Source: Vermamoeba vermiformis
Lineage: Eukaryota
Assembly: GCA_045837725.1 (NCBI GenBank)
Contig: JBEWZL010000209.1
Span: forward strand, 310,001 to 374,000
Direction of reading: 5' to 3'
Length of the DNA stretch: 64,000 nucleotides
Shown here: positions 26,734 to 38,696 of the stretch, one piece after another
Position numbering within the stretch: position 1 is the stretch's first letter
Layout of the letters: each line of letters opens with the position of its first letter
The notes under the pieces: model-generated
Databases searched by the model: none
The model's input: only the letters and a program-made list of their open reading frames with translations
Told to the model about the DNA's origin: nothing
Position numbers and translations under genes: made by a program

Positions 26734-27822
26734 ATGTTGTTACAACGATTATACGCTTATGGAGTGCGTTCTAGAATGGTTCTGGCTTCTAGAACCAGCT
26801 TATGGAAGCCAAAACCTAAAAAGATTGCGAATCCGTTCAGTTTTAGCACCACCTTCAAATCAATGACGACATCAGAGCCCAGAAAACATAAACCATATTC
26901 ATTTTGTCACTATTGTGGCTCTCAATATGGTCCTGAAATGACAGCGTTTCCAAAAAAATGTCACTCTTGCAATAACAAAATGTAAGTAGGCCTTAGATTC
27001 GCTTTAAAATTGTAAATTGGCATTATTTATACATTTCATATATCATTATAGTTACTGCATATTTTAGTTTAATTTTTAAAATTAATACAATTGAGTTTAT
27101 TTTCGCGTCAACATTCTAGAAGGATCCTAAAGACTGCTTGTCAGCAAGTAACGTACTATTATTTAGCTATTTGAATCCTCTTCCCGTCGCAGTTGTGATC
27201 GTGCCAGTGGACAACGGAGTAATGCTCATTCGAAGATCGATCGAACCCGCCAAAGGTCAACTGGCATTCCCCGGAGGTAAATATCATCTTACCCTCTCGA
27301 AGGATATATAAACTTCGCGAAATTAGCTCGAGAGCAATTACATCTGCCAGCTAAGGAGGTCAAAAGCCATGATTTACTACTAACATAAGTTCTAATCGAG
27401 CCATTGGTGGTTCGAAAGACTAACAGACGTACGTTTAGGATATATTGATCATATCGAATCTTGGCAAGAAGGAGGTGCACGCGAAGTCTGGGAAGAAGCG
27501 GGGCTAAAATTAGATCCTGCAGAGATCAAGGAATTTAAAATTATGAATGGAACCGGAAAGGTACGCTAGTCGTAGAAATCCATCCTATTAATTATATTGC
27601 GCGTATCTCAGTGTTTATATCCTCTTTTAATGATTACAAATTTAGATCTTGATCTTTGGTGTTTATCAACGCACGCTGTCTTCGAAAGACTTGCCACCGT
27701 TTGAGAACACTGGCGAGACCCTAGAGCGAGTAGTAGTTACAGAACCGGTCAAGTTAGGCTTTGATCTTCATCAGCAAGTAATAGAAGAATACTTTAGGTT
27801 GAAAGCGAGCAACAAAATGTAA
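26734..27822 (+). CDS. Zn-ribbon Nudix hydrolase, probable mitochondrial presequence
   Basis: CHYCG...CHSC, YLNPLPVAV, Nudix box PGGYIDHIESWQEGGAREVWEEAGL across introns; Arg-rich N-terminus without acidic residues. Confidence 0.88.
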
Positions 27823-27948
27823 TTACCCGCTTTATTGGCAAAAATCCTTAGCGATTTCAGTTATGTAAATAGAGTATATATACGTTTGAAGCGAATCGGA
27901 TAAAAGCCTTTATTTTAAGAACTTGATCGCGATCGGATGTTGCGGCGG

Positions 27949-28829
27949 TTAGAACAACAAGAACGATACAACAATCATAGCACCACTAGAGACAATGGCG
28001 ACGTTAGCAGAGGATTTCTTTCCGATAGGAGTGGCAGAAGGAACTCTGGTTGGAGTGGCGGAAGTAGGGGCACTGCTGGGAGCGGATGCAGGACCCGATG
28101 AGCCAGGAGTACCGGCATCCGGCGCAGCTACAGGGGCAGGAGAGCCGCAAGTATCTTGGTATGCACTGAAATAGGCGCTAGTGGCGAGGGTGGCAATGTT
28201 TACGCACTGACCGTTGGGAACCGAGAAGGATGTGCATTTGTCGGGATAGCACAGCGAGCCTGACAAGATTCCAGAATTGGCATCGCACGACATTAAAATA
28301 GTTTGAGTGCTAGGATTGAAAGTAGACAAGCTAAATCCGTTGACGGTGACGTTTTGGCCAGCAGAAGATGGCGAGACTACAATAATTAATTAATTAATTT
28401 AAATTCGCAAATTTTTCATCGATTATCGTAATTCAAATCTTACCATCGTACTGCACAGACAATGTAGCAGAGCAATTGGCTTTGTCGAAGATCTTTACTG
28501 CCAGAAAACCGTTTCTCGGGGGTGGAATGGTTTCTCCGGTATTGCAAAGAGATCTGTTCATATAGAAGTTATAAGTGCTAACAGATATGCACCCTTCACC
28601 CTCCGCACCGCACGTAGAAGCCTATAATGCAATAATTAATTAATTTTGGATCTCTCCCAAATTTAAGTCTTTGCTTTATAATCTTGTTTAAATTACTTAC
28701 GTATTGGCGAGGAGGATCAACCGAATCGCAGGATGAAGTTGAATGGGTATCAAAAATTAAGACCTGGCCCAAGCAGCTGCCGATCAAAATACTAGAGCAC
28801 ACCAGTGCGAAAAAAGAGGATAATTGCAT
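27949..28829 (-). CDS. Secreted Cys-containing, probably GPI-anchored protein (3 exons)
   Basis: Signal peptide, Cys-rich domain, P/S/A/T stalk, SSA followed by hydrophobic C-terminus. Confidence 0.8.
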
Positions 28830-29116
28830 CGTGTCCTATTGCGTTGGTGTGAATAAATAAATGTAATACAACCGATTTTTATTTTAATAGTTGCCTTTAC
28901 CTAAAAAGGAAATCTGATTTGAAAGAGTTCCTCGCTTGTAACGTGCTTGATTACTATAAGTCAAAGGATTACTCGATCAGTTGCGAATTAGCGAGCAAAT
29001 CATGACACCGGAAAAAATTTCCGCTCAGAAATAAGAGGCGCCAAATAACCGTTTAATGCGTGTAATTGCGTATTGTTCAAAGGGTCTAAAAGAAACTTTC
29101 TTGGACGGTATTCAAA

Positions 29117-30948
29117 TCACAATGCTGATTTTCTTCGCATTTTGAAGATAACGGGCTGCGCGGGTCGATAAACGCCAAAGTTTTGATACTTGGGGATGTA
29201 ATCCTCGACTGGTCCAGGAATTTCGATGTCATACTGGCCCAGCAAATTAAACACGAGCGTCTTAATGTTCATGCTGGCAAACTTTGCACCGATGCACGGA
29301 TGACGACCAGCACCAAACACGGGAATTTCGCCGAGTCCTTTCGCTTCAGAGAGCAAACGGTTGGGGTTGAATTCGAACGGTTTGTTGTAGATTTGGCCGT
29401 TGTGAACCACAGTGAAGTGAGGAAGTGTCAAGTACCAACCTAACAATAGATGTCAGCACTGACATTCAGCCTGTCATAAGTGCAATACCTTTAGGAATGA
29501 CGTATTTGTTATCGATGACAAAGTCTTGCACTGCCTTTCTCATCGCTAAGCCACCCGAGCAAACGCGAATAGTCTCCTTAACTGCCATATCAGTGAAGTT
29601 GAACTTGTTGATCAACGCGTGACTTAGATCCGCGGCGGGGTCTTTTGCCATCTCAAGGTACTCTTGTTGTTCTTGCATCAAAGGCTTCATCTGATATTTA
29701 AGTTAGGTTAGGCAAGCCGTAGCGTGGTATATCAAATTGCCTACCAGCTCAGGCTTTGACAAAGTGAAAAACGTGAGCCAAGCGGCAGTCGCGAAGTTGT
29801 TCGATGCCGCGGCAAAAATCAATCCAAACACCAGCGTGCCTAGAAAACCATAATCAACTTCTCCTATGAATTTAGGTTAATAAGTTTCTTGCAGGATTCA
29901 CTTTGACTCTTCCGTACCATTTTTGTTCGTGCAGTTCAGGATCATGAAGTCAATAAATTCTACGCTGTCTTCGGGGATTGGGCCGTTAGAAGTTCGTCTT
30001 TTGACTATTTCGCGGCAAATATCTTTGATTTTGTCCCACGTGGCTGCAGTGCGCTTCTTATTTTGAGGCAACTGATTTTTAACCATGTGCATAAGTCCTT
30101 TAATTCGCTCCTCCGTGTCCAATTCCTTGACCAATCCAACGAACTCCTCTAATTCACTCTTTGACAGATCGGAGCCAACAAACGACCTGAATTGACGTTA
30201 GAATTCTGAGTCAAATTTAAGACTCTAAAATTAGGTTGGTTCGTAATAATTGTTCTTACTTGATGATTACGTCAAGTGTCATTTGATAAATATGAGGAAA
30301 GATGTCTACTTCTTGGTAAGGCTGGGACCATTCATTTTTAAAATAATCGACAATTATGGATCGCATCAGTTTTGCAAAATGCGAGTATCGCTCCTGAGAG
30401 AAAGCGCGCGTGAAGAGAGTCACATTCTCAGGGCGGTTATTATGAAGGTATTCGCTGGGCTGGCCGGCAAGGTTGCCGAAGAGCTAAAAAAAAGAATTAA
30501 AATCAGATCCCAAAAATATTTCTTTCTAAAAGCCGCGTATATCTGCCTAGATTTTTTCAATAATTATAGGAGTTTTATCTTGCGAGGCAGCATGCTTACT
30601 GCTCTTGATTCATTTTTTTGGATTTCAGATCTTGGTTATTACCTCATAGCCGTGTGCCAAGCTTGCATCGTCTTCTTTGATCATATGGTATATTTTGGAT
30701 GCGTTTGGACCCACAAAAAATACAAACGTATTCCACAGAGGTACGCGCACAGAGAACACATCTCCATACTTCGCCGCAGCTTTTTCCAGCGTTGATTCAT
30801 CTGGATTTTCTGCTTTAAATTCGCTTAAAGGTACGTATGGAGGCAAAGGTAGGTCGAATTTTGTCTTTGGAGCTCGTTGAGAGCGTTCTCGCATCCACGC
30901 TAGAGCACCCAGCGCAACCGCAATAGGCAATAACCACAATAAAATCAT
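29117..30948 (-). CDS. Cytochrome P450 (CYP51/CYP7-clan-like)
   Basis: N-terminal membrane anchor, proline cluster, KYGDVF, KETIR (ExxR), FNPNR, heme motif FGAGRHPCIG; I-helix reads FAAASNNF. Confidence 0.92.
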
Positions 30949-31130
30949 ATTAGATTCTTGCACTATTGTGGTAAGCCGTAAAGCGTTAAAACCGAATTAG
31001 TTGAAAAATTATCTCGATTGAATCACCTGGGCACGTGTCGGTAACGAAGGATATCACAACATCCGATTTTTTTATTAGGTACAATCGATTTTTAATTGAT
31101 GTCAGTTCATGATCGTTAGATCTATCGATT

Positions 31131-34100
31131 CTAGTCTGACCTTTCGAGTTGTTCAATAATATGCTCAACCGTTGGACGTTCACTTGGGTTAACCTTCCAA
31201 CAAGAGCGCATAATATCAGCAAGTTTGATTGGACAGTCTTCAGGAATGACAGGTGTCACTCCGTTGTCGCGGATCAGTCTTCCAATCTCGATCGGATCTG
31301 CGTTATTGTGAGGTTCTTTTTGCACCATTACTTCGTACATTAATACTCCGAATGACCATACATCTGTATGGTAAGTCAATTACTGCGTATTAGAAACTTA
31401 TTTGCTTACCTGATTTGGTCGAGTACTCTTTGTTTCGCAGCGACTCAGGCGACATCCATCGAATCGGACCAAGTTCCGATTTTGTTGTTCCGCGCTGAGT
31501 GTCTTCGTCAATAAGACGTGACATGCCAAAGTCTGTTATCTTTGGTTCATTCTTGTGAAGAAGAACGTTTCTCGCTGCCACGTCACGATGAACCATGTTG
31601 TTTGCGTGCAAGTGATTCAAACCTTTCGCTACTCCGAAGATGAACGCTGTTTTTTGTTCGATGGATATAGGCTGATTGGAGTCAAATAGGAGATCATCTA
31701 ACGATCCTCCGTCACAGAACTCGATGACAAGAATGACACTGTCAGTCTCGGGATGAACACTGAAGCCAAACAGTTGAACGACATTGGGATGAGGTCGCAT
31801 TTGTATCATCAGTTCGAGTTCTGAAATGACAGTTGAGTTGGCTTGAGTCATGCTGACTTTGAGTGCGACTGGTGATCCTTTCCAGCTTCCTTTGAACACT
31901 TGACCACTTGCTCCACGACCAATCTGATCGCCGAACTTGATTTGATCGAATGGAATGAACCACTGTCCGTACTTTGATGCCAGCCCTGTCATTGACACGA
32001 CCTTGTCTTTCCCTTGCTTTCGCTTCTTTCTAAGCAATAAAATTAGCAGCAGAGCTCCAGCGATGAGTGCCGCGCCAATTGGGACGACGATTGCTGCAAT
32101 GAGTTCGCCTTCACTGAGTCCTATTGGACCTACAGTTTCATTCAACGCTGTTGGACTATGAGGCGGGACAGTGATAGCATCGGCTTCGAACAGTAGCATC
32201 GCATCAGAGTACGTGCCTCTTCTGCTGTCATCTTTGCCGCCAACTACAACACTGAGCTTGAGGCTGGTTTGATAGACTGCAGAAGCCATGACACTGCTGG
32301 TATAAGTTTGGGTGTACCACTGCCCCGTCGGTACTTCGTAGTAGAAGATTGACGAAAGGCTCGTTGAGAAGCAGACAACAAAGTCTCCAACAGGCACCAT
32401 TGTCAAGTCTTTGCTGAAACTTGACCCGTCTAGCTGTGGTAGCAAAGAGGTCTGGTACGAATCGTGCTCGATGTCGTAAAGGTAAATAGTGGTAAATCTC
32501 AGCACTGCTCGTCCGTCTGATTGTCTTGTTGATATGAAGATCTGGTTGTTATCGATGGCAAAGTACTGCACAAAAAATGTGAAAACGGGCAATGGTGCAG
32601 CTGCTGTTTCAGTCCACTCGAGCGGAGATTGTGCCCGATGCTTGGTGAAACTTCCTTCACTTGTACGGAGATACGCAGTGTCACTGATAGTAAGAACGGG
32701 AATATGAGCGTTGACGAGAGATCGGTCATCGTTCAAATTAAAGTCTGCAGTGGGCAGCGTGCCGTTTTCATTCAGTGTCCAATTGCCACTCAACGGGTCA
32801 TAAACAGCGATAGCTTGATTATTCCAGACCACCAAGTTAGTTCCGAGAGCAGCTGCCGGCAGGTACCATTCTTGGGTGTAATCGCTGAAGGGCATCTCAG
32901 TTGAGTTGAGCCACGTTTGTGCTTCCAAGTCATAGATGTCAACTTTGTTGTAGTACTGCCGACCTAACGTAATAGTCATCTGATCAAATCGGTACATCAT
33001 CACAAAGTGAAGATCGTTTGAAGTCCATAGATTGTCGTTGTTGAGAACGCTTGATTGGTTGAAGCTTGAAAACGTCACTGTCTTGTAGAACACTCCACCA
33101 TTTTCCGTGAAGAAGTTGTCGCCAACCATCGCCACAGGACGGCCACGCAAAGTGATTACTTCATCTGCGATTAAAGTCGCGTTGGCTCCTTGAAATTCAA
33201 AGTGATATCTTTGCGGCGTTGACTCTTCGATGAATTGACATGAGTTGTTTCCCGCGAACAAAGTTGAAATCTCGGTGAAATTCGTTGCCAAAGAGATTGC
33301 ATTCCGTCGAATGTTAACCGCTACAATCTTCGTTTTGCTAGCAATGCAAGCCCATTCTCCAACACTGACGCTAAATTTCAAGCTTGTGAAAGTAGTGGTC
33401 CCAGTGATTTGTCGCCATCGGACCCATGAACCAGAAACATCGTCATAGTAGTAGATGTTTGGTCCGAATCGACCACTATCCACATAAGCGACGTATCCGT
33501 CAACAGCAAACGCGCGCTGAAACTCTAGTAGGGCCAAGACAGCCCCTGTAGTTGCATTAGACCAATAGAATGGCTGATAGGAGCCCATATTGAAAATGAT
33601 CGTTGTTTCTGGTGTCGAGAGTACTGCGTTGATTTCTGCTATTTCCGTTGACAGTTGGTGCCATTCTGAAGTTCCCAGCCGATGAAGAATAATGACCTGA
33701 GCACTCCATACAGCAACGATTCTATTAGTAACATTGAAGTAGAAGTCAGTGAACGTAATTGGATATGCCAACGTGTCAGGAAACTTGTCGATCGTGTCTG
33801 TAGTTCGGTTGTAGATCCACGCCGAAAAAACTGGTTCGTTGGTAGTGACATTCGTTCCTCCAATCACAACGACGATGTCTTCGAAAGCGAATGTAATGCT
33901 ATCAAATAGGTCCATTTTGATCTTGGTGAGTTCAGTGCTGTAGTTCCATTTGCTCGTTGTCAGATCGAGAAAGTCGACGGAGTAACTGCCGATAACGGTC
34001 AGTGTTGATTGATACACCGAGATACTAGTGGCATTAAATACTGTTGGTCCTTGGCCATGGTCTCTAATGAAGTCTTGTTTGGTTGGGTCGAACACAAAAG

Positions 34101-34419
34101 GTGGATTCGCGTATGAGTACCCTCCAACAAAGTACAGGAAAGGTTCTTGAACGACTGGAGTGACGAATCCTCTTTTGCTGGGAAGATAAAGAGGTGTTGT
34201 CCAGTTTCTATTGATGAGATCGAACACTTCAATCTTGTCTGTTGCAACGTTGTCGTGGAACTCCCAACCGCCAACAAAATACAAGTTTGAGCCTGCTTCA
34301 ATCAAAGATAGTCCATCTCTTGGTGAAGAAATTCTCGTGGTGTTGTAAACTACATCGCCATGGACCCAAGAAAGCAAGCAACACAACGCTATTACCAAAA
34401 TGGCTAATCTGGTTGACAT
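31131..34419 (-). CDS. Receptor tyrosine-kinase-like protein, kelch-like ectodomain (copy 1)
   Basis: Signal peptide, kelch-like LYFVGG repeats, single TM, kinase GRGASG/VALK/HRDVAARN/DFG/GPIRWMSPE; one intron before DVWSFG. Confidence 0.93.
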
Positions 34420-34922
34420 CCGCAATCTGACATTAAACGGGATATTAGTTCCGATTAATATTAACTACCATAAAAAATTATTTTAATTACTATCATATTT
34501 ATAAACGAACAATTGGTGCTCTTGAATTTCAAATTGTTTTTGCAAGATCTGAACCTCGTGAGCGTTACAACAACAAGGTTATCACTTAGTTCGAACAAAC
34601 ACTTTGAATAATTGTATAAATGCCAAAAGTAAGTTATAATGTTACTAATTTAACGCTTGTAATGAGCTTAGCTGGATAGAGGTTCCAGACGTACCGCTAG
34701 AAACAAGCGCACATGTGGTTAACTGTAGTTGCATTAGTTGAATTAATTTCGTGTTGGTTTACGTGTTTAATGCTGTCAAAAATAGGCCGGCAATCAATGA
34801 GATTCTTTAACTTTAAATTCCAACGTAAAAAACCGCAAACTTATAATTGCAATTTCAATTATTTATTGCTACTTACAATCGTTTCTTGGAGAGTACGAGC
34901 TATTTTACCAGCCGAAAGAATA

Positions 34923-37900
34923 TTACGTGGAATTCTCAAGTTGTTCAACGATCTGCTCAATCGGGGGACGCTCGGCTGGTTTAACCTTCCAACAAGAGCG
35001 CATAATATCGGCAAGCTTGATTGGACAGTCTTCAGGAATGACAGGTGTCACTCCGTTGTCTCGGATCAGTCTTCCAATCTCGATCGCATCCGCGTTTGTG
35101 TGAGGTTCTTGCTGAGCTACTACCTCATACATGAGCACTCCGAATGACCACACGTCTAAATAATACTATTATTAGATTATCAAGCGTTAGATAAGAACTA
35201 TTTGCTTACCTGATTTGGTCGAGTACTCTTTGTTTCGCAACGATTCAGGTGACATCCATCGAATCGGACCAAGTTCCGATTTTGTTGTTCCACGCTGAGT
35301 GTCTTCATCAATCAGTCGTGACATGCCAAAGTCTGTTATCTTTGGTTCATTCTTGTGAAGAAGAACGTTTCTCGCTGCCACATCGCGGTGAACAATGTTG
35401 TTCGAGTGTAAGTGATTCAGACCTTTTGCAATGCCGAGTAGCAGCAACGTCTTTTGAGTCAGAGGTATTGATTGCTTTGCTTCGAAAAGGAAGTCATCCA
35501 GCGAGCCTCCGTCACAGAACTCGATGACAAGAATGATACTCTCTGTTTCTGGATGAACGCTAAAGCCGAAGAGTTGAACGACATTGGGATGAGGTCGCAT
35601 TTGTATCATCAATTCGAGTTCTGAAATGACAGTTGAGTTGGCTTGAGTCATGCTGACTTTGAGTGCGACTGGTGATCCTTTCCAACTTCCTTTGAACACT
35701 TGACCACTTGCTCCACGACCAATCTGATCTCCGAACTTGATTTGATCGAATGGGATGAACCACTGTCCGTACTTTGATGCCAGTCCTGTCATTGATATGC
35801 TTTGGCCATGTCGACGCTGTTGCTTTTTCTTTCTTCTCAGCAACAAGATCAACAGTAGAGCTCCAGCGATGAGTGCCGCACCAATAGGCACGATAATGGC
35901 GGCAATTAACTCGCCCTGTGTTAGTCCAGCAGGCGTGGATACTGTGTTGTTGGTAGCTTCTGGGCTTGCAGGCGGAATTGTGATTGAGTCGTCTTCAAAC
36001 AGCAGCATTGTGTCCGAAAAAACGCCATTTTGTTGATAATCATGACCACCAACGACAACGCTGAATCCATAGCTCGTTCGATAGACTGCAGATGGTAGTA
36101 CAGTGGCGGTATAATCTTGTTCGTACCATTGACGCGTTGATATCTCATAGTAGAATAGCTGATTCCATGAGGGCGCAAAAGCAACCATAAAATCTCCAAC
36201 AGGAACAATTGTCAAGTATCTTTCAGCTTTAGGCAGCAAAGAAAGGTCGAAAGAATCTTGTTCCACATCGTAAAGATAAATTGTGTTGAAGAATAAATAT
36301 TGTCTGGCTCCATTTCTGCAAGGGACGAAGATTTGGTTGTCGCCAATGGCAAAGTACTGACTTAAAAATCGCCCATTGGTAGACGGCGCCGCAGCTGTTT
36401 CACTCCAGTCGAAAGGAGATTCCGCTTGATGTTTTGTGAAGCTCGGCGTAGTTGTACGAATAAACGCAGTGCCATTGATGGTGAGAACTGGAATGTGTGC
36501 ATTTACCATCTGAAGATCGTTTGGATTCGACAGAGTACCATTGTCATCGAGGGTCCAGACACCAGTTTGAGGTTCGAATGCGGCCATAGATTGGATGTAC
36601 CATACGATCAGCTTGTCGCCAAGAGCAGTTGCTGGCAGGTACCAATCATGCGTGACATCAGTGAATGGCAGTTCAGTTGAGTTGAGCCACGTTTGTCCTT
36701 CCAAGTCATAGATGTCAACTTTGTGGTAGTATTGTCGAAGTTGAGTCCGATCAGAAAAGATACTCTCCATCAACACAAAGTGACGATCATTCGCTGCCCA
36801 AAGAGGAGAGGATGTAAAATTGATGAGCTGCGTGAAGCTATTTTCTGTCAAATTGTGACGCGCAACACCACCGTTTGCCGTGAAAAAGTCATCGCCGACA
36901 ATGGCTACTGGAACTATGTAGGGACTAAATTGTTCGTCTGTGATTAGCGTTGCATTTCCTTCTTGAAAGTCGAAATGATATCGTGTTAAAAGAAACGTGT
37001 CGAAAAAATGACAGGAGTTGTTGCCAGGCAACAGCAGTGTTATGCTTGTGAAGCTCGACGAGAGTGTCAGATATTGTTGTCTTATATTCACTGCAAGTAT
37101 TTTATCGGTTGCTGCAAGGCAAGCCCATTCGCCAGTAAATGTCGCCAATTTGGTGTTGAAAGTATCTGTCAGAACGATCGGAATGATAAGTTGGTCCCAT
37201 ACGCCAGTTTCATCATTGTAATAGCGAATTTCTTTGCTAGTAAGCGAATAGACGAATGCTACGTAGCCATCAACAGCAAACGGATACTGAAATCCTGATA
37301 CTGTCACTTGCGTTAAGTTAACTGAAGGGCTCGTCCAGTTGAACAGATAATAGCCAGTATTGTCGAATATAAAAGTGACTGTCTTTGATGAGGCAATAGT
37401 GCTGACATTTGACGTGTCCATATCTATCTCGTACCACTCTTTCGTTCCCAAACGATGAAGAAGGATGATGCCATTAGGAGCCCATACGGATATAACTTGG
37501 TTGGTGACGGTGAACTTGAAATCGGAGTATATTCCGTTTCGCAATAAAGCGTTTGGAAATTCTTCAATTTGGTTCGTAGTTCGGTTGTAGATCCAAGCTG
37601 AAAAAACAGGTTCGTTGGTAGTGATGTTCGTTCCTCCTATTACGACTACTATGTCTTCAAACGTAAACGTAATCGTATAAAATAGGTCCATTTTGATCTT
37701 GGTGAGTTCGGTGCTGTAGTTCCATGTTTTCGTTGTCAGATCGAGAAAGTCGACGGAGTAAGTGCCGATGACAGTCAAGGTAGACTCGTGCAATGAGATA
37801 TCAAAGGGAGTCAGTACTGTTGGTCCTTGTCCATGGTCTTTAATGAAGTCTTGTTTGTTTGGGTCGAACACAAAAGGTGGATTCGCGTATGAGTACCCTC

Positions 37901-38186
37901 CAACAAAGTACAGGAAAGGTTCTTGAACGACTGGAGTGACGAATCCTCTTTTGCTAGGAAGATAAAGAGGTGTTGTCCAGTTTCTATTGATGAGATCAAA
38001 CACTTCAATCTTGTCTGTTGCAACGTTGTCGTGGAACTCCCAACCGCCAACAAAATACAAGTTTGAGCCTGCTTCAATCAAGGATAGTCCATCTCTCGGT
38101 GAAGATATGCGTGTCGTGTTGAATATTACGTCGGAGAGGACCAGGGGAAGCAAGTAACACAAAACAAGAGCAAATCTGGATGACAT
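34923..38186 (-). CDS. Receptor tyrosine-kinase-like protein, kelch-like ectodomain (copy 2, tandem paralog)
   Basis: Same architecture and same single intron position as copy 1. Confidence 0.93.
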
Positions 38187-38696
38187 CCGAGCTTAAAGTT
38201 TAATATTATTAATTCAGCGCAAAATCATTATAAAAAAATGTAAATTTTAACATCAAGAATAGGAACGAGATCAAAATTATGAGCGTGGGTTTTAGTAGAT
38301 TCGCCCGGCGATCTGTCAGTTATTCTATTATCGCGACTTACCAACAATTAAGCTTGCATGTGCATGCACTTATTACTAATAATCCGTATTATGGAGTTCT
38401 GGGTGATGAATCATATCAAATTAGTTTTTGACATAACGTTCGGCTAATTAGCGGCATTTTTAAGCTTTGAACCGCAAGGATACGGAAAAGATTCTTTGTG
38501 TACGACGTTAAACTCTAATAGAACGATAGTGGTCGTTAATTGGCTGCAAACTTATCCCATTGTTCCTGGGCAGTGCCAATGATTGTCCTGCCAAGACGGG
38601 ACCGGCAGAAATTTAACCATGTTCTGTGAATATTCTTTGTAAACCAGTGACTCAATAATAATGCTATTTACCTTTTCTTTCTATTTACATAATTTA

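Noticed and set aside
30250-30795. 181-aa plus ORF
   Set aside because: Antisense to P450 exons and introns; no recognisable motif.
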